DNA from: Pseudovirgaria hyperparasitica
Taxonomy: Eukaryota
Direction: 5' to 3' (one strand)
DNA length: 64,000 bases
Assembly: GCA_010093815.1 (NCBI GenBank)
Contig: ML996565.1
Shown here: positions 39,777 to 51,527 of the stretch, piece after piece
How positions within the stretch are numbered: position 1 is the first letter of the stretch
Layout: every line of letters begins with the position of its first letter
The notes under the pieces: model-generated
Told to the model about the DNA's origin: nothing
Seen by the model: only the letters and a program-made list of their open reading frames with translations
Database searches by the model: none
Translations under genes and position numbers: made by a program

Positions 39777-39954
39777 CTATCTGTATGTAGGAACAAACGT
39801 GGGAAACTGCTTTTGTGCTGACAGGATGGGAGCATCTAGTCAGAAACTCGCATTAAATATCGTATGATTCACAGTCTCTTAAAAGAGCTGTGCCGCATCA
39901 TATTCAGCACACGGCACGACTTGTATGGAAGTTGCTTTAATACTATCCTGAGAC

Positions 39955-40330
39955 AAGAGCTAATTATATATGATTTGGAGTTCTCAAAGTTTCATTAGTA
40001 ATATCTACTAGAAACTTACTCTACTAGTAATATATATCTTAGTACACAGCTATATGAACTCAATAGCATTATATAATCATTTTTAACTCTTGAAGTAGTA
40101 TAAGTTAGATACTCTATATATACTTGATATCAACAAACATAAGTGTCGCTATACTTTCCTGTTAGGAAGAATATAAATCTCTCAATTAACTAAATGAGAT
40201 TTATATGTACTAGCTAGAAATACGGTATTAGCAGATTCTAAACATGATTAGTATTAGCAATTCTCTTGTCCAAAGAAAATAATAATAATGATTATCAATG
40301 CTATATAATCATGCTCACTGTATTGTAGAC
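39955..40330. other. AT-rich, TpA-rich RIP-like patch between arylsulfatase and bemA
   Basis: Low GC with many TAG/CTA/TATA and no ORF. Confidence 0.45.
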
Positions 40331-40956
40331 CGATTCAAGCAGATTTAGGAAATAACAATCATAGTAACGGGGAACGAGCGGTGCATACATAGCGCACACG
40401 GAAAATGTGGACAGGGCGGTAATGCACAGCATAGCATAACATTCAATGACTCCATGAGTATACTACCCAGTACGAGTCTGGCCCCTAGAGTGAGTGGCCT
40501 ACATACGATAGGTATTTCCTCAAAACCAATAATACCCTTCCGCTTAGCTAGCTCTATTCCACCCAATCGTCGTCCGTGACACGCAAATATCAAAGCATAT
40601 ACAAGCGGTGTCAAAATGAGACAAATGAAAGAACTGTTTCACGGAGAAGACTTCTCCAACCGCCTAGGAATGCCTATCATACAAGGGTATCAAAGCGTGG
40701 CAAGCGGTTTCGATTGTAGCGAGGCGTCGCGGATCGTTGACCTGCGTGTATAGAAAGACCGTAGAAAAGGGAGAGGTACCGTCGAGTCAGGCTAGACGAG
40801 CATTTCTCAGCCAGGTATCGAGCAACCTAGAACATACAGCCAAATCAACATTGGACAAAACTGGGTAAATGATACGCTCGAGAGGTGGGCGTTGTGGTCA
40901 AGAATGTGCGATTAATCGGATGTTGATAGAAGATACGGAGTCACGAGACATGATAA

Positions 40957-43054
40957 TCAATATCTTGAATCATCAGACCTTGGCGTTGTCACCTGCAGCG
41001 TCAGTTTCGTCGGCTGATTTGAGCTCTCCAGAGCCTTTAGCACCTCTCCAAGCTGTTGGTCCGAGTCAATCGGGCTTTTCTGACCGGTCGCTTCATCCTC
41101 GACAAGATCGATGATGAAATCCGATTCGTCGAAGTCTTGAAAATTGCCTTTGCCTTGCAGTTCGACCATTCGCCTTTGTCGAAGCTCTCGCCGAAGCATT
41201 TGTAAATTGAAAGGCGGCTGCATTCGGATGATAGTAGTAAATTCGCCAGGGAACCGCGCTTTGATACGTGCGACTTGCATTGCACTGCTCGCTGATGATG
41301 CTGACGCTTGGGTTAAAGCGCTATTGTTGCGTAGCATTGGCGGTGGAACTGAGAGATCGGATTGATTCCGATAATGTTGCTGGTTGGACATGGACGATTG
41401 AGCGCGCTGATGGTTTGCTTGGTAGGCATAATCGCTGTTAGAATACTGTGACTGATCTCTGTAAATGTTGCCTTGAGAAGACTGCCTCGAACCGGGGTGA
41501 GAGGGATCTGACTGCTGTGACGCGCCAGAAAGCCTATAGGTGCTTTCATCTACTTCATAATCAGGGCCATCCCTTCCGCGAGGAACGAAAAAGTCTCGAA
41601 CTAGATTCGAATGCGTAATGTGCGTGCCTAATCGGAGAAGATTCTTGATGTACTCGTCAAGATTAGGGCGTCGCCCTTGAGTGATGTTTTCCGTGACGTA
41701 TGTAACCGGACCAGGCATGTACGGTAGCGATCGCTCGATTCCACTCACATTACCAGCTTCTACTGGGAATTCCTGGATGAGGTTGATCTGAAGATCGTAA
41801 AAATTTTGATATGTGCGGTGGAGCTTCATATGGGCGCCATTCTCTTCCATCTGGCATTTCACCACGAAGTAGAATGTTTCTTCTGACTCTGAGAAGCCAT
41901 ATTCTGGCACACACGCTCTTACAGGGGCAAGTGGACTCCCTCTTGGCGGCTGTTGTGATTGTTGAGAGAATGAACCAGGGCCACGGCTATGATTCTTTAC
42001 TTGATGTCAGTCATGTGCCAGTTCTTGTATCCGGAGTGGATGCTTACGTAGCTCCCGTTCGACTGGCTTTTGTTGCCAATACTCATGCGATCCATTCCTT
42101 GCTGTAGCGACTGTGCCGAGTTTGTCTCGAGCTTTCCTAGCGGAATGCTGCCATTTTTGTAGTCTGCGGCCATTCTTTTCCACTCCTCAACTCTTGGTAT
42201 GCCGGCTTCTTGTACAGCGACAGCAGGGTCTCCAAGAATGTTTCCTTTCATGTCTTTGAGTTGAATGAACGATACAGGTATTAAACCAGGCCCACCAAGT
42301 CTAGTAATGGGCTTCGCAACGAACCACTCCGGGTTGGACTGCGCAATCACGATGATGAATTCGCCAGCCTTGGCATCTAGTTCGTCCGGTCTTTCGGCTT
42401 TGAAATCGTAGATGACCTCGCCGTATAACATTGGTACGGCGCCCTTGCCCATAGTTTTGGACATTCTCATGGGTCGCATACCATCTTGCTCGGGTGGCTG
42501 CACGATCGCATTCGCAGGAGACCGCCCCTCGGCGTATCCAGAATCGTGCCCGGCGCTTGGTTGAGAAGGCATGGAATGTGTAGAGCCAGCGCTGTCGCGA
42601 ACTTGCTTCCCAACATCCTCAAAGTATTTGACAGGAACAAGTCCTCTTGTCTGTTGGAGTGGATTACATGCTTCATACCAGTCTGGATCGTCTTCGCGAC
42701 CTATGACGTGGAGGAAATCGCCCTGCGAAAAGCTGAGATATCCAGAGGAAGGATCATTCTCAGTAGATTTATAGTCGTAAAGTGCTTTAATAACCTATTG
42801 GAGTGACGCGATATGTTAGACCTTTGCGACTAGAATGGAAATAGCTACCTCTTCCAGATCGACTCGGAGCTTAATTGTACAGATGCATACCTTTTTAGGT
42901 GGTACGATGGCCAGAGGATCTTTCGCAGGTATTGATATGTGGTGGGGTTTCGTCTCCTTGTCGTTCTTCATCGACCTTCGAAACTGAGGGGCGCGTTAGA
43001 CTTTGTGACCCATCCTGGAGTACGGTCGTGATGGAGACGCACCTTGCCAATCAT
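40957..43054 (-). CDS. bemA: Polarity scaffold Bem1/Scd2/BemA (SH3-SH3-PX-PB1), about 629 aa
   Basis: Exons 43054-43043 (MIGK), 42983-42891, 42794-42048, 41994-40957. SH3-1 VIKALYDY..WYEACNP..RGLVPVKYF; SH3-2 YDFKAERPDELDA..EWFVAKPITRLGGPGLIPVSFI; PX RTYQNFYDLQINL..LPYMPGP; C-terminal PB1-like region. Confidence 0.93.
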
Positions 43055-43971
43055 TTTTGAGGATGATTGCAGCTTCTGCTGCTGGTGTATAATGTCCGAG
43101 TAGTCAGCCACGTAGTAGCTGCGCTCGACCGACACGATATGTATTCTGTCGGTGGAAAGAGGAAAAGATTGAGGATGCGCGTTTCACTGAATGCTAGTGG
43201 TTGCACGAGCGCGATGTAAGAGCGATAGGCGCTTTGGACTTCCTCGAAATGTAGCGAAACAATGGCGATCAAGTGATGGGTTGGCGCCAAATGTTTCCCA
43301 AAGTGGCCAGTAGCCGATGGAGGTTTTCGTGGTGATGTAGTGGGTGCTTTTCGCTTTTCGGACAGTTGCAGCTCTTGCAGGGCTGTCGTGGAATAGGAAG
43401 TTGGAGGGAGGATTAGCAGTGTTCTCGTGGCAGCGACGGCGGAAATTGTAGTAAAGAAAGGCCCGAAGCGACAGATCAGATGCGAGATGTCGGGAAATGA
43501 GTTTCGAGAAGAATGGTAGTGAAGAATGGTAACTAGGGACCGAGGAGTAGCTTGGGCGTAGGCTTTGGGCTTGGGCCGTTGACGAAATGTGGGCGAGGGA
43601 TGGGACCGGTCGAGTGTCTAAAAGGATGTCTTAAATGATTGCGAGCGTTTAAACGCTGTCAGTGATTCTGCCGAGCGCAAGGCGAGTAATGACAGCCTGA
43701 CATGAAGAAGACAAGAAGAGAGAAGAAGAAGAAGAAGACGAAGAAGTTATGTATGCATGTCTGCAACACAAAGGCAAGTAAGTTACAGTGAGTGAAGTTG
43801 GTGAGTGGTGAGTGTGTGTGGTGGTGTGTTTTGGCAGAGGGGGCAGAGGCAGCGAAGAAGGCGGGGAGGGGAAGGGCTGGAGCCTTAGGCTGGCTTTGCT
43901 CTTTTGCTTGTTTTGTGCTTGCGCCACACCGTAACGCGTCCCTGCGGGCATTGTCTTGTGGTGTGTTTGTG

Positions 43972-44026
43972 TATTATTATTATTATTATGATTATTATTA
44001 TGATTATTATTATGATTATTATTATC
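43972..44026. repeat. (TAT)n / TATTATTATGAT compound microsatellite
   Basis: Seen directly. Confidence 0.85.
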
Positions 44027-45042
44027 ATCTTCAATTTATCAATCTATCGGCCATCACATTGCATCTACACAGACAGCTGCCTTGTGGTCTTGTCTAAACC
44101 TGGTGACTGCTGCTATCCTCTGTCGTGAATCATCAATACTTCTTCCCCCCCCGCCATCCTCCATCATCCATTCCAGCTGCTTCACAGCCAATTTCCAGTA
44201 CAATCAAGGACCAAATCATTTGCACAATAATTAACCTCATACCTCAAAAGGTTGACGACCGCTACCAAGAAAGTCGTCGTACTCTTCTCGACGTCCGAGC
44301 TGCCCATTCGCGCCCTCATCACCTGATAACCACCAACCAAGCTCGTACGCGCCACTTACCCACTTTTATACATCCTATTTCTGCACCTATTATCTCATCA
44401 CGCAATCATCACAATTTACGATCTGTCGCAATCATAATGGTTTTGCATTTGGGCGTTGAGGCATATCTAAATATATAAGCTACATCGAGCCATGCCAAAA
44501 TACTGCCGTTCCTGTGCTGCTTGAAATCGAGGGAGGGATGCTTCCGCGCTGCATAGCTTGTGTAAATATTCGAGTTGACCTTGCTCGCCTGCCCGCCCTC
44601 TCCATGATTGTCGCTTCGCTCCTCCATAATTTTTAACAGTCACGACATATTGTGGTTAGTATTTCACAAGGGCATCATATGATATGAGAGTGCCGCATGT
44701 CTCAACCGGGGGAGGTTTGGGTCTTGTGTTGAACTGTCGATGCTGACCTCTTCTCACCGTCTTCAAAAATGATTGCCACAGGTCGTTGTTAGCGGATGCC
44801 GTCTTGTATCGTTCTCTGGACAACGTTCCATTGGTAGGGTGTTGGATGAGACGTCTTGTGACTCAGCACAGCTTTTACTTGTTCCGAGGACACACGTCGC
44901 AGTCCAGCGTAGGATGGCTCTCAGTCCGTTGGTCCGAATGCGCCAATAGCTAGGTCTATGGCCAAGGAATGCAGCAAAGCTTAGCAAGGACGTCGGAGTC
45001 AGCGTTCGCAGTCGTGAGGGCTGAGAAATCTACTCGGCTAGT

Positions 45043-46698
45043 TCATATCTGTCCCTTGATGTCTACCTTGCGGAAGGCAGCAGCTCGAGCGCTTTCGAAG
45101 AGCACTACGCCGAGTTTTGGGTTCACGCGGACCCCATCGCCCGTACCGGTGAACAGTCCGTCGCCGCCGAAATCGGAAATGAATTGTGCACACTCATGGT
45201 CTGACTCAAATCCGAGCTCTTCTGTGATGTATCGGATGCGCAGAGACGAGCCGTGCCTGAGACAAATTTGTTAGCTGTATGCATCACTAGCAGTATGCTA
45301 TGACATGAAACCTGACCCTTTCATTATATTTGCCATTGCTGCAAGCCGTTCTCGTTGGATGAACATGTCCATGAGATAAGCGCCCATGTTGGGAGTATCT
45401 AGATAGAGTTGAAAGAACTTATGGTAGTTGCCTAATGCTAGTGCAGAACGCACTTTGAGGGCATGTGCAACAGCGGGTTGCTGTTTGTCTGTAGCGGTTA
45501 GATCGGCCAGCACGTCGTTCATGCTGGTTCGATTGTTTGTGTGAATAAAGTAAAGAATACGGTAGGCCAAGAATTCAGGTGGATTGCCACCCAGGTTTTG
45601 CGAATACAGTGCGCGCAACTGCGTCTGACACTGATTATACTCACCCATGTCTCCCTTTTCTAGTGCGATGCGGGCATGGATCTCGTAAACGTTGACAGTA
45701 AATTCCTCTTTGATGTGCTGCACTGTCAGATCCTGGCGTAAGGACTTGAACTGGTCGCACACGTAGCCATAGTTGTTTTCTTCTTTCCACTTCTTCTTCA
45801 ACAGATCCAAGGTTTTTCTGAGGACAGGCAGTGGCCGAACAGCTTCAGGCTTTGGAGCTGATGTTAAACGAAGGTACCTCTTCTCCAATGTTTGGCATGT
45901 GCCTATCACGGGACCTTGAGGGACTATATCCGGATTGTTTTCCGCTCGTCTAGATTCAGATCCATCCGATGACCACGGCAATTTCCCGCTCTGGAAACGT
46001 TGCTTTCGTCGTTCGAGATCATTCTGGTACTTACTTGATTTATCATGGAGCTTTCGTTGGCGTTTGTCTAGACGATCGGCTTGCTCCTGCGTGGCAAAGG
46101 TCAAGCGATCCTCTAAAGGGTTCTGATTACTGGTTTGCCGCCATGGAGGAGGTGATCTTCGATCCTGTCCTTCTGAAAGAGCGTCATTGCTCTTCCGTTT
46201 ACGATCCGCGTTAGAGGTTAATGAGCTCCCTTGGCCATAGACTACGCTGTTTCTCGCCAACGCGAGTTTTCTGTCTTCCTGGATTAATTTCTGAGGTAAC
46301 GGTAGCTCAGCCCAGTTTGTAGTCAACAAAGTATCGGTCTCAGCAGCGTTGTTGATGATGCTTTTCAATTTCTTTTCGACTTCCTCTCGCTCTATACCGG
46401 GAATATACGCATCTGTGTCAAATGAACGCTGAACATAATCGCGAACGTCTTGTGACCATGTCATCTTGGCCCGAGGAACCGGTTTTGGTTCTGAGGATGC
46501 AGATAAGGACATCGAGTTCGTGGTGCTTGCCATGTGTGTATGTGTTATTGCTTGTGGCGCCTCAAAGCCTCTGCGGGCACCGACGGTGTTGTAGGCCGCT
46601 ATGATACGTTAGCTAAGTCTCTGAACAAGAAGACTTTGGAGCAACTGACTGTGCATCGTTTGAACTGGTTGTACCTGTCGCCATGGAGGTAAAGACAT
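45043..46698 (-). CDS. THP3: SAC3/GANP/THP3-family protein (Thp3/LENG8), about 514 aa
   Basis: Exons 46698-46650, 46598-45317, 45256-45043. VIGTCQTLEKRYLRLTSAP, CDQFKSLRQDLTVQHI, VYEIHARIALEKGDMGEYNQCQTQL; ends KVDIKGQI. Confidence 0.9.
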
Positions 46699-47078
46699 TG
46701 TAAAGGAGTATCAGGGAAGTGGTAAGTAGAACAGGAAAAGCAAATGACGGGAGAAGACAAGCTAATGAGATCAGGGTATTCGGGCTTTCAAGCCAGTGGT
46801 GTATCTGTCTTGGAAGTCGCCTATACTATCGTAGCTTTGGATTGGTGATGAGTATGGAGTAGTTGGAAGGGGCGACAAGATCATGTAACGGGCACAAATG
46901 ACATGAAGGTACGCAAGTGCGAAGAACCCAGCTGGCTGGGGCGGAGCCGAGCGCCTGACTAATATCGGCTAGTCACCTGATTTCCTAAGCCGGCTATAAT
47001 CCTATGGGCCAATCCAAGTCGACAAACATTACGCACCGTTCCCAAGTAGACAAATTGTTGAATAGTAACTGGGAACAC

Positions 47079-49162
47079 ATGACCACTCGACCTCTTTCAT
47101 GGTTCACGCGCCTCAATCCGCTTGCTATAATGACACGCAATCCCCCTGTAAGATCGGTGTCTCAGGCTCTGGCTTCTCGCTCGATGGCGACAACCGCTAA
47201 TGTGACCATCAACGCGCCCCGCGACCCCAACACATTGTCTAACTACAATGCTTGGTTGACTCGGCACACGAAGGCAAATTTTGAGATCGATTTTGTGAAG
47301 AAAATCCTTCGCGGAAACGTGGTGTTGAGTCTAGAAAGTTTGACGGAGAGGGAGAGTAAGGAGATTGTGCTTGATACAAGCTACCTTGACATTCAGGATG
47401 TACAGGTAGCCGGTATTCAGGTGGCATGGGATACAAAGAAGTGGACAGAGCCGTATGGCAGTCCATTGACAATCTCATTGAATGAAGGGGTCGGGCAAGG
47501 AGAGAGTATTGATGTTGACGTGAGTCCATCGATGGTATGCAATCACAGTGCTGATATTTGCATACAGATCACACTGAGTACGACTGAACAGTGCACGGCG
47601 CTGCAGTGGATGGAGCCTGAACAGACTTCGAATAAGAAGCATCCGTATATGTGTGAGAATCTCTGAAGAATCGATATGGTGATAAGAAAGCTAATAATAT
47701 GAAAGTCTCTCAATGCCAAGCCATTCATGCGAGGTCTGTGTATCCCTGCCAGGACACGCCAGATGTGAAGTCGACGTTCGAGTTCAACATCCGCTCTCGA
47801 CTTCCTGTTTTGGCTAGTGGTCTGGCTACAGGTTCAAAGGACTTTGCACCGGGGAAGAATGGCGAGTCTGGCACACTCGTGTACTCCTTCAAGCAAGATG
47901 TCCCAATGCCCAGCTACTTGTTTGCTATTGCCAGCGGAGACCTTGCAAGTGCTTCGATAGGACCGAGGAGTGTAGTGTGGACAGGTCCTGAGGAGCTTGT
48001 GGGCTGTAAGTGGGAGTTTGAAGGTGACATGGACAAATTTCTTGAAGCTGCAGAGAGTATCGTCTATCCATACGCTTGGGGGACATACAATGTGCTCGTG
48101 CTTCCCGCATCCTTCCCCTATGGCGGCATGGAGAATCCCATCTACACATTCGCGACACCAACAATTGTCAGTGGAGACAAGCAAAATATCGATGTCATCG
48201 CCCACGAGCTTTCGCACAGCTGGAGTGGTAACCTGGTAAGTAACGCATCATGGGAGCATTTTTGGCTTAATGAAGGCTGGACTACCTATCTCGAGCGCCG
48301 CATCCAAGCATACATCCACGGCGAGCCACACCGCGACTTCTCCGCTGTCATTGGATGGAAGGCGCTCACTGACTCCATCAACGACTACGGCGAAGACCAC
48401 GAGTTCACAAAGTTAATCGTCGACCTCAAAGGCAAAGATCCCGATGACGCATTCTCGTCCATTCCTTACGAGAAAGGGTTCATCTTCCTGTACTACCTGG
48501 AGAAGCTCATTGGCAAAAGCAAATGGGATAAATTCATTCCTCACTACTTCCAGACGTGGAAATACAAGTCAGTAGACTCATACGACTTCAAGGCCACGCT
48601 CCTCGACTTTTTCGCCTCCGACAAGGCTGCGGCCGCGAAACTTGACGAGGTTGATTGGGACTCATGGTTCTACAAGCCCGGATTTCCGCCCAAGCCAGAG
48701 TTCGACGATACACTTATCAAGTCGTGCCTCGAGCTGGCGGATAAATGGGAGTCGCGCTCGACCGGGAAGACCGACTTTACGCCTGCGGCAACAGACATCA
48801 AAGGTTGGGTCGGAAACCAAAGTGTTGTGTTCCTTGAGCGCGTACAACTGTTCCCCAAACCCTTGAAGGCAGGAGACATCGAGCTCATGGGTCAGGCATA
48901 TAGCTACGACAAGAGCCAGAACGCGGAACTTGTATCGAGATACTATGGGATTGGGCTGCAGGCGAAGGCAGAGGCCGTGTATCAGCCAACTGCAGACTTC
49001 TTGGGCCGTGTCGGAAGGATGAAGTTCGTCAGGCCTTTGTATAAAATGCTGAATGCATGCGATAGAAAGTTGGCAATCGCGACGTTTGAGAAGAACAAGA
49101 ACTTCTATCACCCGATTTGCAGGAGTATGGTCGAGAAAGATCTTTTCGGGAAGGACGCATAA
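47079..49162 (+). CDS. LAP2: Leukotriene A4 hydrolase / M1 aminopeptidase (Lap2); in-frame ATGs at 47004, 47079, 47130 and 47184
   Basis: Exons start-47519, 47568-47652, 47706-49162. RDPNTLSNY, FSQCQAIHARS, GGMEN, HELSH..WLNEG (HExxH-x18-E), VGRMKFVRPLY. Confidence 0.93.
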
Positions 49163-49451
49163 TCCGTAGAGAATCGCACCGACGTACAGCATATATCAGG
49201 CCAACAAAAGTCCTAGAAACGTATTTCGATATAACGTCTCGACACTTCCTTCGACAGTACACAGCACAGCCTAATTGACCTATGGACGTAGACGACGCTA
49301 ACTATGGATCACACCAGCAGCCTCAGGCCACCTCCGAACGCCTCGGCTCATGGGAATTAGCTGCCGACCAAGAGTTAGATAACATCCATAGGTCTTGCGC
49401 GCGTCCGCAACAGACATGTCGCCCACACACTTAGACAAACACATTCGCAAG

Positions 49452-50041
49452 ATGACCTCCTCCAGTGACGACAACGATGCGCCCGATACGCCATTCGATC
49501 GAACAAAGCGCATTATGGACGCCATGTTGGCATACCGTGATGAAAATATCAACGTACGCCTGGATTTCCTCTGATGCCTACGCCTAGCATTCCAGCTATG
49601 GCCAAGCCTACTGACTAACTAGAGAGATGATAGTACTTTGACACTACAATGATGCGCAATCTTACCCTACTCACCGCCAGTGTTTCGCCCACTGATCCGA
49701 CACTCTCTACGCTCACATTTAGCCTCTACGTGCACCCTACTCTTTGTAACGGCATGGGAAATCTACACGGTGGCATGGTCGCGACTATCTTTGACATATG
49801 CACCAGTTTCTGTGTATATCCGGTGTGTCGCGAGGGCTTCTGGGACGGGGGACACGTTAGCAGGACGCTGAATTGTGTTTATTTGAGACCGGCACCGGCG
49901 GGAGAGGAGGTGAAGGTGGAGGCAGAGATTGTGCATTTGGGCAAGACGCAGGCGTTTTTTAGAGGAGTGATGAGGGACGCAAGAGAGAGGGTATTATATA
50001 CTTGTGAGCATAATAAGGCCAATGTCGCGCCGAAGTTGTAG
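49452..50041 (+). CDS. PaaI/ACOT13-type hotdog-fold thioesterase, about 169 aa
   Basis: Exons 49452-49553 and 49634-50041. CNGMGNLHGGMVATIFD, VSRTLNCVYLRPAP, CEHNK; ends PKL. An upstream in-frame ATG exists at 49416. Confidence 0.85.
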
Positions 50042-50320
50042 GCAGGAATAGGTGCACATAGACATAATGATAAACCGCACGCTTTGAATATAATTGGCAT
50101 AGAAGTTGAGCGATGTGACTAAGAGTCATCTGGATGAGACGTGTCTGCGCCCCTGAGATCCATACCTCTCCACCCAGCCCTACAATGAAATCGATCCGCA
50201 ATAAGCCCTTTACTCCCATGCTCATTCCCTCATAAACAGTGGCCCCATTCTTGTGATATATCTGGAAACGCCCATACCCCGCCTGCGCCCCCAGAAGATA
50301 TCAATACGAAGATAGATCTT

Positions 50321-51379
50321 TCAGCGTCTTGCAGATTTCAGACCAGCTCTCTTGCTTGCGCGTCCCTCTCGTGACTTAGCCATCCTGGCCTTCATATTGG
50401 CTTGTGTCTTGGTCGCTTCTTTCGTGACAGTCTTTGCAGCTACTGGTTTCTTGGCAGCTGCTGGACGTCCGCGCTTCTTCGCAATCGGGATGGTGGTGTC
50501 TGCTTTCTTCGTGGCTATACCTGCGGGGCGGCCTGCTTTCTTTGTGGCCGTGCCTACAGGGCGACCTCCTCTCTTCGCGTTGGAGCTTGTTGGGCGACCG
50601 CGGGACTTTGCACCAGTCGTCTTGGGACCAGCTGCCTTTGCATCTTTGGCCACCTTCTTCTGCTTCTTCTCCCATTCTTTGATTGCACCTACGTTTGCGT
50701 CATCCTTTGGGATCCAAGTTGGCTCGTAAGGCTTCTTAGTTTTGGGGTCTTTCCCAGCCCAGTCAACCTTGTATCCGTCGTCGTTCTCTTCGATGATAGC
50801 TTTGATCTCGTAGAAGCCGCTATGTTTCTTGGGAACCGGAGGTTTAAAGGCGATAGGTTCAAATCGCTCGGGTGCTTTGACGTTCCGGTGACTGGTTCGC
50901 TGAGCTACTGCGACTGGCTTTTGGATCTTAGAAACCTTAGAACCTTTGGGACGACCTGGGCCACGAGACTTGGTGACACCAGAGGGACGAGTCAGGGGAG
51001 CTGAGGCCTTTGCAGTTGGTGCGCGACCCCGTTGGATTGCAGTCTTCGGCGGTGGTTTAGGAGGAGCATCGCCATCAGGCTCTACCATCGGCGCAGGAAG
51101 AGCTGTCTCTGGTACTGTCTTGGGCAAAGGCTCGGCTGAGGATCTTGTCTCCAGAGGCGCAGGATCGGTGGGAACAGTACCAGAGGAGACTGAACTGGGT
51201 CGGAAAGGCGCGGCGAGCATATTGGAGACGGGCGCAGCAATATCTGCAACTTCAGATGCGAGCTCCGAGGAGAGTTCTGCGAAGTTCGGCATGTTTGTTG
51301 CAGGCAGCGACGGCTCTCTGCTCTTGCTGGTGCGACCTGGAGTGATCGCGTGAACGACAGAGTTGTAGAGGCTAGTCAT
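50321..51379 (-). CDS. Chromo-like domain plus multiple AT-hook nuclear protein, 352 aa
   Basis: Single-exon ATG ORF. FYEIKAIIEE..YKVDWAG..PYEPTWIPK..A..AIKEWE fits a chromodomain pattern; GRP motifs PGRPK, SRGRPT, RGGRP, KAGRP, KRGRP; Lys/Ala-rich tail. Confidence 0.75.
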   Translation of the reverse strand: MTSLYNSVVHAITPGRTSKSREPSLPATNMPNFAELSSELASEVADIAAPVSNMLAAPFRPSSVSSGTVPTDPAPLETRSSAEPLPKTVPETALPAPMVEPDGDAPPKPPPKTAIQRGRAPTAKASAPLTRPSGVTKSRGPGRPKGSKVSKIQKPVAVAQRTSHRNVKAPERFEPIAFKPPVPKKHSGFYEIKAIIEENDDGYKVDWAGKDPKTKKPYEPTWIPKDDANVGAIKEWEKKQKKVAKDAKAAGPKTTGAKSRGRPTSSNAKRGGRPVGTATKKAGRPAGIATKKADTTIPIAKKRGRPAAAKKPVAAKTVTKEATKTQANMKARMAKSREGRASKRAGLKSARR

Positions 51380-51406
51380 TGGACCTAAGATGGTACAGGA
51401 GATTTA

Positions 51407-51527
51407 TCGCGTAATGGGTGTGAGTGACGCGAAACGTACACGCAAAGCCTAAGGCTGGAATGAATGTTGTTGGATGTGTCTACGCGAGAGTGAATGGAAT
51501 TGTTGTGACACAAGTAGTTCATCGCGT
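51407..51527. promoter_or_regulatory. Cluster of four ACGCGA (MCB/SCB-like) motifs upstream of the chromo/AT-hook gene
   Basis: TCGCGT 51407-51412, ACGCGAAA 51427-51434, ACGCGA 51482-51487, TCGCGT 51522-51527, all within 150 bp of the ATG at 51379. Confidence 0.5.
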
